Assembly (NCBI GenBank): GCA_002269645.1
Contig: NIVC01000333.1
Location: 10,335 to 74,334, forward strand
DNA: 64,000 bases
Source of the DNA: Macrostomum lignano
Lineage: Eukaryota
Direction of reading: 5' to 3'
Of the stretch, positions 42,659 to 58,764 are shown piece after piece. Within the stretch, counting starts at the first letter, position 1; every line of letters starts with the position of its first letter. The notes beneath the pieces are model-generated. The model saw only the letters and a list, made by a program, of their open reading frames with translations, searched no databases and was not told where the DNA came from. The position numbers and the translations under genes are program-made.

Positions 42659-44967
42659 TGGTCTTCGGCACTATGACAATTGCGCCATATTGATACTGCA
42701 CTATTAACTTTCCATAGCGCTAATCTTTTGTTGTTGGTGTTTGCTGTTTTGTTCTAAAAATAGGCGTCCATTATCCCGAATTCGAAATCATTATCCTGAA
42801 GTTTAAGTGAAAAAATAAATGGAATGTGCTCATGGTTTAACCATAGACGATTGCATTATCCTAAAGGTTGATTTTTGACAATGGGCTTGTTAGCATATAT
42901 GATGCACTGGTTCGTAAATTAGGAAACGTAAAGCAAATGTGTCTTCAGAAGGCAAACATGTATTTAATAGCTCGTACAAAATAGCAAATAATTAAGATAA
43001 TAGCAAATGACAGTTTGATCAATTAGCTTCAACCAAAGCTAATCTAAATCTGGATTTTATGACTCGACTATGCCGAATCGGCCGTGACTCGAGCTCGCCT
43101 TGAGACCATCGTAAGCCTCAGTCTCAGCGATATAACAATTCTACTGGGCACCCTTGGAATCCGAAGAGGGTTTGCACCATAGACAGCCGCGCCAGGCATG
43201 GAAAGCGGAGAAAACTCATTATATTCGAGTCGCACAGGCCGTGGATTACATTCAAAGAAGCGCCTAATACGAGGGGAGATGAGCCGTAAAGAATCTCCGA
43301 GGCGATCATCTCCTCATATCAGGCGATTCTTGTTTATAAATCCCGGAGCCGCGTGTCTAGGATACGCTCGTATGGATCTACATTACATGTAATGGTGGTT
43401 GAGATATATACCTATTTCGGCTAGTTACATGGTTTTTTTCATTTCAATTGGTGTGTGGCCGTTGACGTAGCAGCGCGTAACAGAGATTTTACATAGACAA
43501 ATCACAAAAAGCCACAGACACCGGAATCAATCTAGTTTTAACTACAGCTGGAGCTACATGTACAGCTGGAAGGTATAGCTGTAAAGAATAGCGCAGCAGA
43601 GAGGACCATGTTCTGAAATTATAGTCTGGTGCAGGGACAGAGAGAAGACAGTGAATGTATACATGACTATTGGTTTGGAGTTTAAAGTTCGTGAAATGAA
43701 CCAAATGGTGATTTCAGTTCTTTGTCTATGGTAAACATGAACTCTGCTGAGCACTTAATTGCGACGCACCAAATTGGACGCAGTAAAAACCACATTGGAG
43801 GCAAAAACGTATACTAAATATTCTTTAAAGATGTTTCCTGGACTAAACGGCAGGTTTAATGAAATAGATCAGACAGAAAGGAACAAGTTAGTCCTTCCGT
43901 CTGCATGGATTGACTGGGTGAATACCATAGACTAATATCAAACAGTCGTGTTTCACTGTTTTCTAGAACTTTTTAGGGAATTTAAAGCCATAAACTAAGC
44001 TTAGAAGTACTTTTATTACACGTAAATTCTATATAAGTTATAAACACACTACACAGCTATGGTTCTAATCAAATGGTCGCATCTACCTGTAAACAGTCTC
44101 AACAGAGTATCTACGGTAGTAATCATAAATTAGAGCTATTTATCCGAGATTAGTTTAAAACGACCATCAACGTGATTCTGTATTGACTGCATTTGTCGAT
44201 GCGCCATCAGTCGAGACCTTGACAAGTTTTTGCGTGGACAATACAATTGAAGACTGCACTACGATGCCTTTGTGTACACCTTTTTACCTCCTATTTTGAA
44301 CAAACTCCCCTTTTATTCAAACAAGCGGACACACCAATTCAGACACTGATTCAGACGTAAGGGTGTTTGTTTGCCTTGATTAATTTTCTGCAAGCAAAAT
44401 GCAACACAGACTATGTATGCTGCTGATTGACATGTCTGTGCTGCACCTGCAAGGCTTGCAGAGATTCAATTAAGACACTCCCTTTTCTATTTAACAGAAC
44501 CTTTTGAATTCAGTCAGAGCCAAAGTGTCTATGGCCAAACCTACATATGATCCCCACCGCTTCGCTCGAAAAGAATTATCTGTACTACGTGTAAGAGGAC
44601 ATGTGCTAGACCTTTCATACGCAGAAGAAGACCGAAAGAGAGAGACAGCGATCCAGTTTGCTTTGAAAAAGGCTTTGAAATCAACTTTTCGGTCGGAAAT
44701 TTACATCAGGGATATGTAGAAGAAATTTTTGGCAGTAAAACTTTTCGACTATGCTCTGTCAGATTCAAGCAATCCCAAAACACTGCCACATGATGAGCAG
44801 CAGAGTTGAGCAAAATGAGGCAAAGACAACTCAGGCAACACGATGGTGCAAATGCGGTTCGCAGCTGCAGCAGCAGGTCTCGTGTATTTCTGCTAGTTAA
44901 CCAGCCATACGCTGGTACTCAGCATTGCTGCAGTGGAAAATCCCCAGTCCAAGGTCAGTCCAGCAGT

Positions 44968-45635
44968 TTAGCTGTCGGGGGTCGGCAGGCCCTTGGTCTT
45001 CTCGCTGCACGGCTTTCTGCCCTCTCCGCGCTTCGGCTTGTAGAACTTGGCGCTGGCGCACAGCTCGGGCAGCTCGAAGTACTTGTCCTTGGGCTGGTGG
45101 AAGCCGAAGAAGAAGAGAATACCGCCGGAGCACTGGCCGTTCTTCCTGTACTTCTTCTTGATGAGGATCGGCACGCAGCGGTCATCGATGACGCCGCCCA
45201 GCTTGATGGAGAGGTCGCCCTTGGTCATGCGGCCGCAGTGCACGCTGATGGGCACCTTGCGGCTGGTGACGGTGGAGCGGGCCACCACGCGGTTGTTCGG
45301 CCACATCTTGGGGCACAGGGTGAGGAAGTACTTGGCGTGGCTCACGGGATCTTCACGCACCGGGCGTTGGCGGCGCTGGTGCCCCAGGCGTAGTAGCCGA
45401 CGCCGGCCTCGAAGTCGAACATGGTGTAGTGGTGTCCGGAGTAGTTCTGGGACTTCACCTTGAAGTAGGCGGCCACCTTCTTCTTCTCCTTGGAGCCGGC
45501 GATGCCTCCCAGCAGCTTGAGGTAGGTGCCGTTGTGGTAGCCGAGACCGGCCACTCCGATGGCTCCCTCTCTGGGCGGGTTCTCGCAGGCCAGGGCGGTG
45601 GCCACCAGGGCGGTGAGCAGCAGCAGCAGCTTCAT
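44968..45635 (-). CDS. Intronless secreted ependymin-related (EPDR-like) protein, ~222 aa if a 1-nt frameshift at 45346-45348 is corrected
   Basis: Signal peptide MKLLLLLTALVATALA then C-ENPP; GVGYY...RCVKIP; DRCVPIL; FFGF...YFELPELC resemble ependymin-family motifs. One extra C in ATCCC joins the two ORF halves. Confidence 0.6.
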
Positions 45636-45712
45636 CTTGAGTCAGAGAGTCTGGATGTCCGGCAGTGAGAAATCGAGTGGACTTGATGGACTCTGGTCGC
45701 TGGCCAGGGGTG

Positions 45713-45721
45713 CTTTTTATG
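45713..45721 (-). promoter_or_regulatory. TATA-like box (CATAAAAAG) of the ependymin-like gene
   Basis: ~80 bp upstream of the ATG at 45635. Confidence 0.4.
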
Positions 45722-46247
45722 CACCTGGACTGCTTGACCACCTGGCAACTCGGCGTTCAAACATTTGGCAACAGAATTTGTTGGCAACCAGCAGGTGCGC
45801 AAATTGATGCTCATGGCTACTGCCGGTGTTTGCTCGGGGATCGATGGTCAGCTGACTTGAGCACCGCTTTTCTGCTTGCCGATTCCATAGCGCTCTGAAC
45901 ACGGCGCCAGAAAGTTTCTGTTGAATTTTACATTGTGACAATCGAAGCCTTTGTTTGCTTGACTTTGCACGCAGAGTTTCAGCTGGCTCACCCGCGAATA
46001 CTGCAGGTAAAGTTGCTGAGATTGCAGAAATTGATTTTTTCAGGTGAATTGAGAATTTTCTGAATTTGTTTGACAGGGGTCGCCGACAGCGAGAGGAAGG
46101 CGACGGGGCAAAGGTTTTGAAGCTTGATGTTGAAGATTCAATTTCATTGAGACTAATTTGTTTTCAACGTTTAAGCTTTTAAACCAATGTGTGTTTGATC
46201 CAAATCGCAGGCAAATAAAGAAAATATTCCTGCGGAAACCCCTGTGC

Positions 46248-46590
46248 AACCCTCCCTGCCGAGAAACCCTCCCTGCCGAGAAAGCCTCCCTGCCGAGAAA
46301 GCCTCCCTGCCGAGAAAGCCTCCCTGCCGAGAAACCCTCCCTGCCGAGAAACCCTCCCTGCCGAGAAACCCTCCCTGCCGAGAAACCCTCCCTGCCGAGA
46401 AACCCTCCCTGCCGAGAAACCCTCCCTGCCGAGAAACCCTCCCTGCCGAGAAACCCTCCCTGCCGAGAAACCCTCCCTGCCGAGAAACCCTCCCTGCCGA
46501 GAAACCCTCCCTGCCGAGAAACCCTCCCTGCCGAGAAACCCTCCCTGCGGGGAAACCCTCCCTGCGGGGAAACCCTCCCTGCGGGGAAAC
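46248..46590 (+). repeat. 17-bp minisatellite (GAGAAACCCTCCCTGCC)n, ~20 copies
   Basis: Period 17. Confidence 0.95.
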
Positions 46591-47269
46591 CCTCCTACGA
46601 AGAAAGCCTCATATGGGGAAACCCTCCTGGGGAATATTTCACAGGAAACTCGGCTGTAGGAAACTCTCGTGCTCCGGAAATTAGTGCATAATAAATTGCA
46701 TATTAATTATTGTATATTAAATTGCTAGTGCTAAGGCCAATAAGATCAATAACACAACTGCTCACATGTCATGATAATTCACAGTTTTAAGATAGCCAGC
46801 CACTAAGCAATAAACTTGTGACAGTCATATTTATTTTTTGCAACTAATTGCTGAGCTTGCAGAGTTAAAATATTAGCTATCAATCAAAAGACTACTAGCA
46901 GTTCTATTTAGCTGGAACGCAAAGAAAAAATGTTTGTCGGTGATAAACAGTTTTACATCGGAGCAATAATAGAGATAAACGGGTGGAAAACTTGGCAGAG
47001 AGTCAGTTGGTAAGCGATTCGTTGCGAATATCGGAAATCCTAATCGTTGCCATATCTGCGTGGGAATAAGAGTAGATTTCACACCTCATACAAACTTAAT
47101 TACTGAAAGGTACATCATCAAAGCAAGGCCACTAATAAAGCACATATAAATAAGGGATTATATTCGTGCAGTTGGAATAAAATAAAATAAATAAAATTTG
47201 AAAAAACCTAAACTAGACACAAAATTAAAATATGGGTCTGCGGCAATTTACTGTCAGCCACACTGCCGA

Positions 47270-47865
47270 CCCCAATCCTAACCTAAAGCCTAACCTAAAC
47301 CTAAACCCTTATCTAAACCTAAACCCTAACCTAAACCTAAACCCTTATCTAAACCTAAACCCTTATCTAAACCTAAACCCTTATCTAAACCTAAACCTTT
47401 ATCTAAACCTAAACCCTAACCTGAACCTAAACCCTAACCTGAACTTAAACCCTAACCTAAACCTAAACCCTAACCTAAACCTAAACCCTAACCTAAACCT
47501 AAACCCTAACCTAAACCTAAACCCTAAACTAAAAATTTATCCTAACCTAAACCTAAACCCTAACCTAAACCTAAACCCTAACCTAAACCTAAACCCTAAC
47601 CTAAACCTAAACCCTAACCTAAACCTAAACCCTAACCTAAACCTAAACCCTAACCTAAACCTAAACCCTAACCTAAACCTAAACCCTAACCTAAACCTAA
47701 ACCCTAAACTAAAAATTTATCCTAACCTAAGCCCTAACCTAAACCCTAGCATAAACCCTAGCATAAACCCTAACCTAAACCTAAACCCTAAACTAAAAAT
47801 TTATCCTAACCTAAACCCTAACCTAAACCTTAACCTAAACCCTAACTTAAACTCTAACCACACCT
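47270..47865 (+). repeat. Telomere-like array, mainly (AACCCTAACCTAAACCTA)n
   Basis: CCCTAA mixed with CCTAAC and CCTAAA hexamers. Confidence 0.9.
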
Positions 47866-48183
47866 TAGATACACACTAAATGAATCCTATACGTATTTTA
47901 ACAGTTTATGGTAAAAATCCTAACTCTATTGAAAGGCCAATTGACTGATGTAGACTAAGCCATAATCAATATTTTGGCTACGAAAAATATCTAGGTAAAA
48001 AGCAAGGCAGTAAAAGCGGTTTCTAGCTCGTATACTATAGTAAAGTAATTTTATGTAGGAAATTTTATCCAATATAATAGTCAGCATCGCCCATGCCAAA
48101 ATAAGCTGGTTAACTTCTAACAAATTTTCGGCGCCAATTTAAATGACAAATACTCTTGAATCAGTATGGTTGCCAAATTGCCT

Positions 48184-50754
48184 TTATTCATCTTGCACAG
48201 TGCTGGTTGTCTCTCGCTCCTTAGTGTAGGTGTTGCCCTCTGGAGTGCGATAGGTCTCCGTGTGCATCACTGTCTTTTTGTTTCCGGAAGTCTTTGTAGA
48301 CATCCGGGTGCCCACCAGCTGATCGGCAGGGTCATTGGGCCCAATCACAGCCTCCAGCTTGGCGCCGGGCATTGGAGCAGTTTTTCCTGCTCGGGGAATT
48401 CAGTTGGATTTTCGGGCTGCGCAGTGTTTCGTCTAAATAGTGCGATGTTGAGAGGCTGAAGGATGCTGAGAGGGGATAGGGGATGTTGAGAGGCTGAAGG
48501 ATGCTGAGAGGGGATAGGGGATGCTGAGAGGGGATAGGGGATGCTAAGAGGGGATAGGGGATGCTGAGAGGGGATAGGGGATGCTGAGAGGGGATAGGGG
48601 ATGCTGAGAGGGGATAGGGGATGCTGAGAGAGGATAGGGGATGCTGAGAGGGGATAGGGGATGCTGAGAGGGGATAGGGGATGCTGAGAGGGGATAGGGG
48701 ATGCTGAGAGGGGATAGGGGATGCTGAGAGGGGATAGGGGATGCTGAGAGGGGATAGGGGATGCTGAGAGGGGATAGGGGATGCTGAGAGGGGATAGGGG
48801 ATGCTGAGAGGGGATAGGGGATGCTGAGAGGGGATAGGGGATGCTGAGAGGGATAGGGGATGCTGAGAGGGGATAGGGGATGCTGAGAGGGGATAGGGGA
48901 TGCTGAGAGGGGATAGGTGATGCTGAGAGGGGATAGGGGATGCTGAGAGGGGATAGGGGATGCTGAGAGGGGATAGGGGATGCTGAGAGGGGATAGGGGA
49001 TGCTGAGAGGGATAGGGGATGCTGAGAGAGGATAGGGGATGCTGAGAGGGGATAGGGGATGCTGAGAGGGGATAGGGGATGCTGAGAGGGGATAGGGGAT
49101 GCTGACAGGGGATAGGGGATGCTGAGAGGGGATAGGGGATGCTGAGAGGGGATAGGGGATGCTGAGAGGGGATAGGGGATGCTGAGAGGGGATAGGGGAT
49201 GCTAAGAGGGGATAGGGGATGTTGAGAGGCTGAAGGATGCTGAGAGGGGATAGGGGATGCTGAGAGGGGATAGGGGATGCTAAGAAGGGATAGGGGATGC
49301 TGAGAGGGGATAGGGGATGCTAAGAGGGGATAGGGGATGCTGAGAGGGGAAAGGGGATGCTGAGAGGGGATAGGGGATGCTAAGAGGGGATAGGGGATGC
49401 TGAGAGGGGAAAGGGGATGCTGAGAGGGGATAGGGGATGCTGAGAGGGGATAGGGGATGCTGAGAGGGGATAGGGGATGCTGAGAGGGGATAGGGGATGC
49501 TGAGAGGGGATAGGGGATGCTGAGAGGGGATAGGGGATGCTGAGAGAGTATAGGGGATGCTGAGAGGGGAACAATGCTGGTTCACTGCTGACAGCCAACA
49601 GGCTGACCGCACTAACCCTGTTCCGTCTCGGGCAGCACGATCTTGCCATCAGCCGGCGGCAGGACGTTCTTGCCGAACTCGCCCATGTAATTTCCGGCCG
49701 GCCGGTAGCGGCTAACCACGTACACTCGGCCAGATTTGGACACGGCCCGGCCAAAGCCGACCTCCTCTGAGGCTTTCCACACCACCTGGGTGAAGTGGCC
49801 TGTCGTAAGAATGGAGAGCAGCCGGTTGTGATTAAATGTGACACCATCCCACCGCCAACCTCCCAGATCCTCAGTTTCTGGACCACCGCCAACATCCCAG
49901 ATCCTCAGTTTTTGGACCACCGCCAACATCCCAGATCCTCAGTTTCTTGACCACCGCCAACATCCCAGATCCTCAGTTTCTGGACCACCGCCAACATCCC
50001 AGATCCTCAGTTTCTGGACCACCGCCAACCTCCCAGATCCTCAGTTTCTGGACCACCGCCAACATCCCAGATCCTCAGTTTCTGGACCACCGCCAACATC
50101 CCAGATCCTCAGTTTCTTGACCACCGCCAACATCCCAGATCCTCAGTTTCTGGACCACCGCCAACATCCCAGATCCTCAGTTTCTGGACTACCGCCAACA
50201 TCCCAGATCCTCAGTTTCTGGACTACCGCCAACATCCCAGATCCTCAGTTTCTGGGCCAGCCTCCCAGATCCTTAGTTGTTGGGCCAGCCTACCAGATCC
50301 TCAGTTGCTGGGTCTCTTCCGCCCTCCCAGATCCTCCCTCCCAGCCTCCGAGCACTCACCGCACTGAATCTGGTCCTCGACATTCCCCTCAAAATTGTAG
50401 TCCTCAATTTCTCGGTACCAATAGTCGGTAAACAGGTTGCCTGAGAATGGTAACATTGCTCGCATAGAAAGTCATATGAATCTAGCACACACTCTACTAT
50501 TGTTAGTAGCTATCAGCGCAGGTTAACTAACCCGGAAAGTCGCTGTGTACGGAGCTGTACTTCATGGCCACATTCTCGCCAATTTTGTCCTTCTGGCACT
50601 GGGTATCGTGCTCCAGCTTGTCGTTGCCGGCAATATGCTCAGCCCAGCTCTGGGCGGACTCGGTCAGGTCCTGGCTGAGTCGCAGAGCCGGCGCCTGGTG
50701 CCGCTTCCGGTAAGCATTGTGCGAGTCCAGGATCTCCTTGATGAACTGCTCCAT
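48184..50754 (-). CDS. GLIPR2: GAPR-1/GLIPR2-like intracellular CAP (SCP) protein, 229 aa; complement(join(48184..48386,49617..49799,50360..50440,50532..50754))
   Basis: [31 protein letters not shown] and [11 protein letters not shown]; no signal peptide; all three coding introns phase 1, GT-AG. 5'UTR exon ends at 51393 (GC|GTAAGT). The last acceptor (48386) is the least certain. Confidence 0.85.
48460..49570 (+). repeat. 20-bp minisatellite (GATGCTGAGAGGGGATAGGG)n, ~55 copies, CAP gene last intron
   Basis: Period 20. Confidence 0.97.
49845..50345 (+). repeat. 34-bp minisatellite (CCCAGATCCTCAGTTTCTGGACCACCGCCAACAT)n, CAP gene intron
   Basis: Period 34. Confidence 0.95.
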
Positions 50755-50834
50755 CCTGGCTTTGGTCTGCATATTGGAAAGTACCAGGTGGAAGGCGATG
50801 TGATAATAAAAGTGAGATGTCAAGTGCCCACATG

Positions 50835-51277
50835 ATACTCAAACCGAGAGGTAACTCTACATGCGGTACTCAAACCGAGAGGTAACTCTTCATGCGATAC
50901 TCAAACGAGAGGTAACTCTACATGCGATACTCAAACCGAGAGGTAACTCTTCATGCGATACTCAAACCGAGAGGTAACTCTTCACGCGATACTCAAACCG
51001 AGAGGTAACTCTACATGCGATACTCAAACCGAGAGGTAACTCTTCACGCGATACTCAAACCGAGAGGTAACTCTTCATGCGATACTCAAACCGAGAGGTA
51101 ACTCTACATGCGATACTCAAACCGAGAGGTAACTCTTCACGCGATACTCAAACCGAGAGGTAACTCTTCACGCGATACTCAAACCGAGAGGTAACTCTTC
51201 ACGCGATACTCAAACCGAGAGGTAACTCTACATGTGGCACTCAAACCGAGAGGTAACTCTACATGCGATACTCAAAC
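50835..51277 (+). repeat. 31-bp minisatellite (TACTCAAACCGAGAGGTAACTCTTCATGCGA)n, CAP gene 5'UTR intron
   Basis: Period 31, ~14 copies. Confidence 0.95.
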
Positions 51278-51472
51278 GAGGGACAGTGAGCCTCACTCAT
51301 AAATACTCGACTACTCAAATCCAAAAAAATCAATAGAATTCAATCAAATAATTTGACACAAACCCAAAATAAATTAAATTTCGGTCACTTACGCCTGTAT
51401 GAGCTGCTTGTGAGGGCCGCGACTGGGAGTAGAGATGAAAAAGTATTAGAGCAGCTAATTAAAAGCCGGGTC

Positions 51473-51480
51473 CTTATATA
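51473..51480 (-). promoter_or_regulatory. TATA box (TATATAAG) of the CAP gene
   Basis: ~87 bp upstream of the first-exon donor at 51393, fitting a short non-coding first exon. Confidence 0.55.
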
Positions 51481-52742
51481 GGCCGACAGAGATGGATGAA
51501 CTTGATACCAAATACGAGCGTAGCTATTCCAAGGCTTCCCCAAACGCCAATTCAGTTAGCTGGCTGGCGGCGCTAACCGCATTGGGAGGAGGAGCAACGC
51601 TATACTATTCTATAGCTGTCGCAAAGACTGAAAAATCCCCCCTCGTAGTCGCCATCAGTAACTGTACAGCCAGTGGTATTGATCCGGCACTGTACCTCGG
51701 TCGCTGCACTGAGAAACTTCAGTGTCCGCATGAGCAATAAGCGCACACTCCGTGCTGGCAGGCTGAGTATAGTCTCCGCCCAACAACAAGAACAGTGTAC
51801 AGTCAAGGCACGTGCAAGGCCTTGAAGTCTAAACTGCTATTGGTCTGCAGGGAGCTGTAGCCTCTCTCTCTGTCCCAACCTCTCTTCCTCTGCCACTCCT
51901 CTATGCTCTCCATAATCTTCCCATCAGCTAATAAATAATCCGAGGCAATACTAATTTGCTATTCTTCTGCGGATTCAGTAGCTCTATGCGATAAAAAACG
52001 CAATTCTTTTTCAGTTACTTATTTAGTTGAAAATCGTACAGCTGTCCATGCGCAACACTGCTATCTGACTCTTATCTGCATTGCGAAGGGGGTATTTCGG
52101 ATTTGAGCACGGTCTTAACCTGAAATTCAACGAGTCTAATTGAGCACATGCAATGCCCAAATCATTTAATAGCAAGATATTTTATCGTAACTCACCATTT
52201 CCAATTCTAAAATTGCAGCTATGAACTAACATAAAATGAATTCCACTCAATTCATAGCTATAGGAGTGTTGCAGTTTCGGTAGAGTACAGATAGCATTTT
52301 TATACAATTCTTGCTTGAAGTCTCGCCTACAAAGAGAATCAGTGTTTGCCCAGTATTACTGGCTGCGAGTTCCACAGCATGGCAGCGGCGGGGGGGGGGT
52401 TGCTATGCGCAGGCAATGAAGCGCTGGCTCGTCGCGCAAAAACTACGTGTGTGGCAATTGAAAGAAGAACGACAAAGAACAGAGACAGCAGAGCAAAGAG
52501 GGAGACAGTGAGAAAAGCGAAAGCATCGAAGGCAGGATCAACACTGCATGAGCTGGCTTGGCCAGTCTCTCACCTGTAGAGTTGCAGGCCATGAAATTCC
52601 CCGTGCTCCAAGAGCAGAGCTTCAAAAGTCTTAGTTGAAATGGGAATTTCGAGCTTTTCCTAGCCTAAATCTGGTAACTGTCTGATGGGAGGCCAGCTTC
52701 ACTATACATAGGGAGATGTGGTTTAATCTGCTTCAATGGAAA

Positions 52743-52965
52743 CTCAGCCGCAGCCATTGTGCGGCGCATCTGAAGGCTGCGTACGGCTGTTCAGTCCAAG
52801 GACCGGGGGGAGGGGGGGGGGTCGCCACCCTCAATTACCACAGCTAATGCTGGCACCCATTTTACAGCTGGGTGAACTGAAGCAATGCAGAGCTAAGTGT
52901 CTTGCTCAAGGACACAAATTGTTCCGAGTTGGGTCGAGAATCGAACCCCCGACTTTTCAGTCGTG
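52743..52965 (-). mobile_element. CORE-like SINE, copy 2, 5'-truncated
   Basis: High identity to 2010-2240; keeps B box GGTTCGATTC; A box missing. Confidence 0.8.
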
Positions 52966-53321
52966 AGCCCATTATTTAATACTAAATTCACCCAAGGAAC
53001 ATATCCCAACGATATCCTAGCAAGGCATACCGAGTTCTTAGCGTAATCAAACCAGTAATCTAAACCACGCAAGGTCATAAACAAGGACCACTGTACTCGT
53101 AGTATAAAATGTCAAACTATGATCGTGCACTTTTGGAGGCCTTTCTTTCTAAGCTATAAAATCAACGATTGCATTTGATCTGGGCAGTGAAGATTGTTAA
53201 GAACATTATGAACATTTTTTCATTTTTAGTAGCTCGTAACATGCGCTGTATATGCTAAATTAACTAAAGAATTTAAAGAATAGATCAAATAAAATAATTG
53301 ATTTTGTGATGAAAAAAGTAA

Positions 53322-53372
53322 TTTTCCTATCTCCGCAGTGTATTTTTTCCAGGAAACAGGCCTTCAAAATGG
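53322..53372 (+). mobile_element. Short fragment of MITE subterminal sequence
   Basis: CTATCTCCGCAGTGTATTTTTTCCAGGAAACAGGCCTTCAAAA resembles 17570-17600 and 27315-27358. Confidence 0.45.
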
Positions 53373-53819
53373 CACGATCTTTGGTCCAGGCCCTCGGTCA
53401 TAAATTTTAAAACATCACGGTATGCCGCTAAAAGTGGCACTTCACTTCACAGTGAGTTTGGCATCGGTAAAATTATATTTTTTACACCTAGTATAATTAT
53501 CAGAAAATGATGCGGATTATATGTTCACAAGTAAAAAATTTACCGCTCTCTACTGCGTACTGCGCAATTAATTTGGTTGTCGCGCTGAAAATCAGCTAAT
53601 AAAACTGCATACGCTTGTATATGTAAAATGTTAAAGAGCGGTAACAAGCTGCTAGGCATAAAAGTGGCCGCGACACGGAAGCACAGACGGTCTAAACAGA
53701 CTGAATCTCCTGTGATTTCATTTTGTACAAAAAATAGTGTTATATACTAAACATGCTACTTAGTAAAATGTAGGCCTGGTCAATTTTTTTAGATTTCAAA
53801 CAGCACTGCGTCTATGAGG

Positions 53820-57187
<3,368 letters not shown>

Positions 57188-57821
57188 CGGTGCGATCGAG
57201 TTTGCTTGGTTTGGCCGCATCCTGTTCGGCTATGAATTCTCAAGGCAGCCTGCGGACAGCACTATTACGCTTCTTGAATGCTGTTTATCTGCCCTGGTTT
57301 GTTTTTATGCATGAGAGGTACAATGGGGCTTGTGAAACTCAGCACTCAGCCTCAGGCTTTGAGCTTAATTCACCCTCTCCTCTGTACGATCCTCGTTCTA
57401 TTGTCTAAAAATAGCTTTTGAGAACTTCGTCACGGGCAATTTTGGCAGAAATAATAAGTAACTAACACGCGGGCAGCGACAATTGTAAAACCCGCGGGTT
57501 AGAGGGGGGGGGAGAAAAAATGAAGTACGGTATGAAGCCTTCTTATCAGAAAGCAGGATCCTGAATTCTAGGATTGCGCCCTGTGTGTTTGTGCTCACTC
57601 ACTGAGCTCACTCCACCTCGCTTCGGAACCGGAGCGAGAGAGCAAAAGAGCTCCGATGGCAAAAGGTTCCATATTGAATCGTCTGTTTTTTTGTTTAGCC
57701 AGGTCTGTTGCTTGTTTAAGCTTTCTTGTTTCTATTTATTGCACACATATAAATTATGGATGGCTGAGAAGGGCTATTGACAATAGTGTTGAATTAATGG
57801 CTCGTAGTCTGAAGATGCTCA

Positions 57822-58020
57822 GGCATGAGAACATGCTCAGGTATGAGAACATACTCAGGTATGAGAACATGGTCATGTGTGAGAACATGCTCAGGTATGA
57901 GAACATGCTTAGACATGAGAACATGCTCATGTGTGAGAACATGCTCAGGTATGAGAACATGCTTAGACATGAGAACATGCTCATGTGTGAGAACATGCTC
58001 AGGTATGAGAATATGTTTAA
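57822..58020 (+). repeat. 18-bp minisatellite (GTATGAGAACATGCTCAG-like)
   Basis: TGAGAACAT recurs with period 18. Confidence 0.9.
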
Positions 58021-58764
58021 GTATAAAATTATTATGCTGAAGAAAAACCCAAAATCAGCGATTTTGCAGTGCACTAGCGGTGACAAGTCGCACCCAACTT
58101 GCCGCAAATTTATTGCATTGCTCTGCGCATAGAAACGCGAGACGCAGATAATTATAGTCACAAGATTGCTTCGAATTACTCCGGAAAGTTGCGAGCATAA
58201 TTAACAAAAAATCCAGACAGGTACAACAATTTTCAATAGCGTCTACTGCTAGTAAGATGATATGGAAACAGTTTGAACAAAAAGACAATAAATTTCAGAT
58301 TTACAACGGAAAATTTCTGTAATTGTTTTTTACCAATTTTTTTAAATGTCAGGTAGAATTATGAAATTAAGAGTGTGCATAAATTGTGTACATCATTTTG
58401 TCATGGTGGAACAATCAGAATCACAAAGTTAATAGCGCAAGTAAATTGCATGGCTGCATTAATCTCTTCCAGGCTGCCTTATTTAAGACATCTGACTAGC
58501 GACTCTGGAATGACTGAACAGACAGTGTTTGCCGGGACATCCTCATACCAATCTATACTAGAGAACTACACCTTTGACATCATGTTCAGGTACATAAAAT
58601 ACAAGTAATTTACATTATCATCGCGTGTAAAAGCTCTTAAGAAATAACACCTTTGTTATTCATGCTCGGTAATCTACATGTACTTCAAAAGAGTACTTGT
58701 ACTTACGCATGCACATGTATCATCATGCTTAGGTTACAAATTGAAATACCCCTTCGACATTATG

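Noticed and set aside
40458-44535. Repeated CCATAGAC/GTCTATGG motifs as TIRs of a P-like element
   Set aside because: The pairings tested (40458/41830 and 43177/43731) gave no TSD and no extended inverted match.
44504-44719. 71-aa plus-strand ORF after an AG acceptor
   Set aside because: No homology recognised, no partner exons and AT-rich codon usage unlike the supported exons nearby.
45330-45348. Micro-intron (GTGAGC...AAG) explaining the ependymin-like frameshift
   Set aside because: About 15 nt is too short for a spliceosomal intron; one missing C restores the frame more simply.
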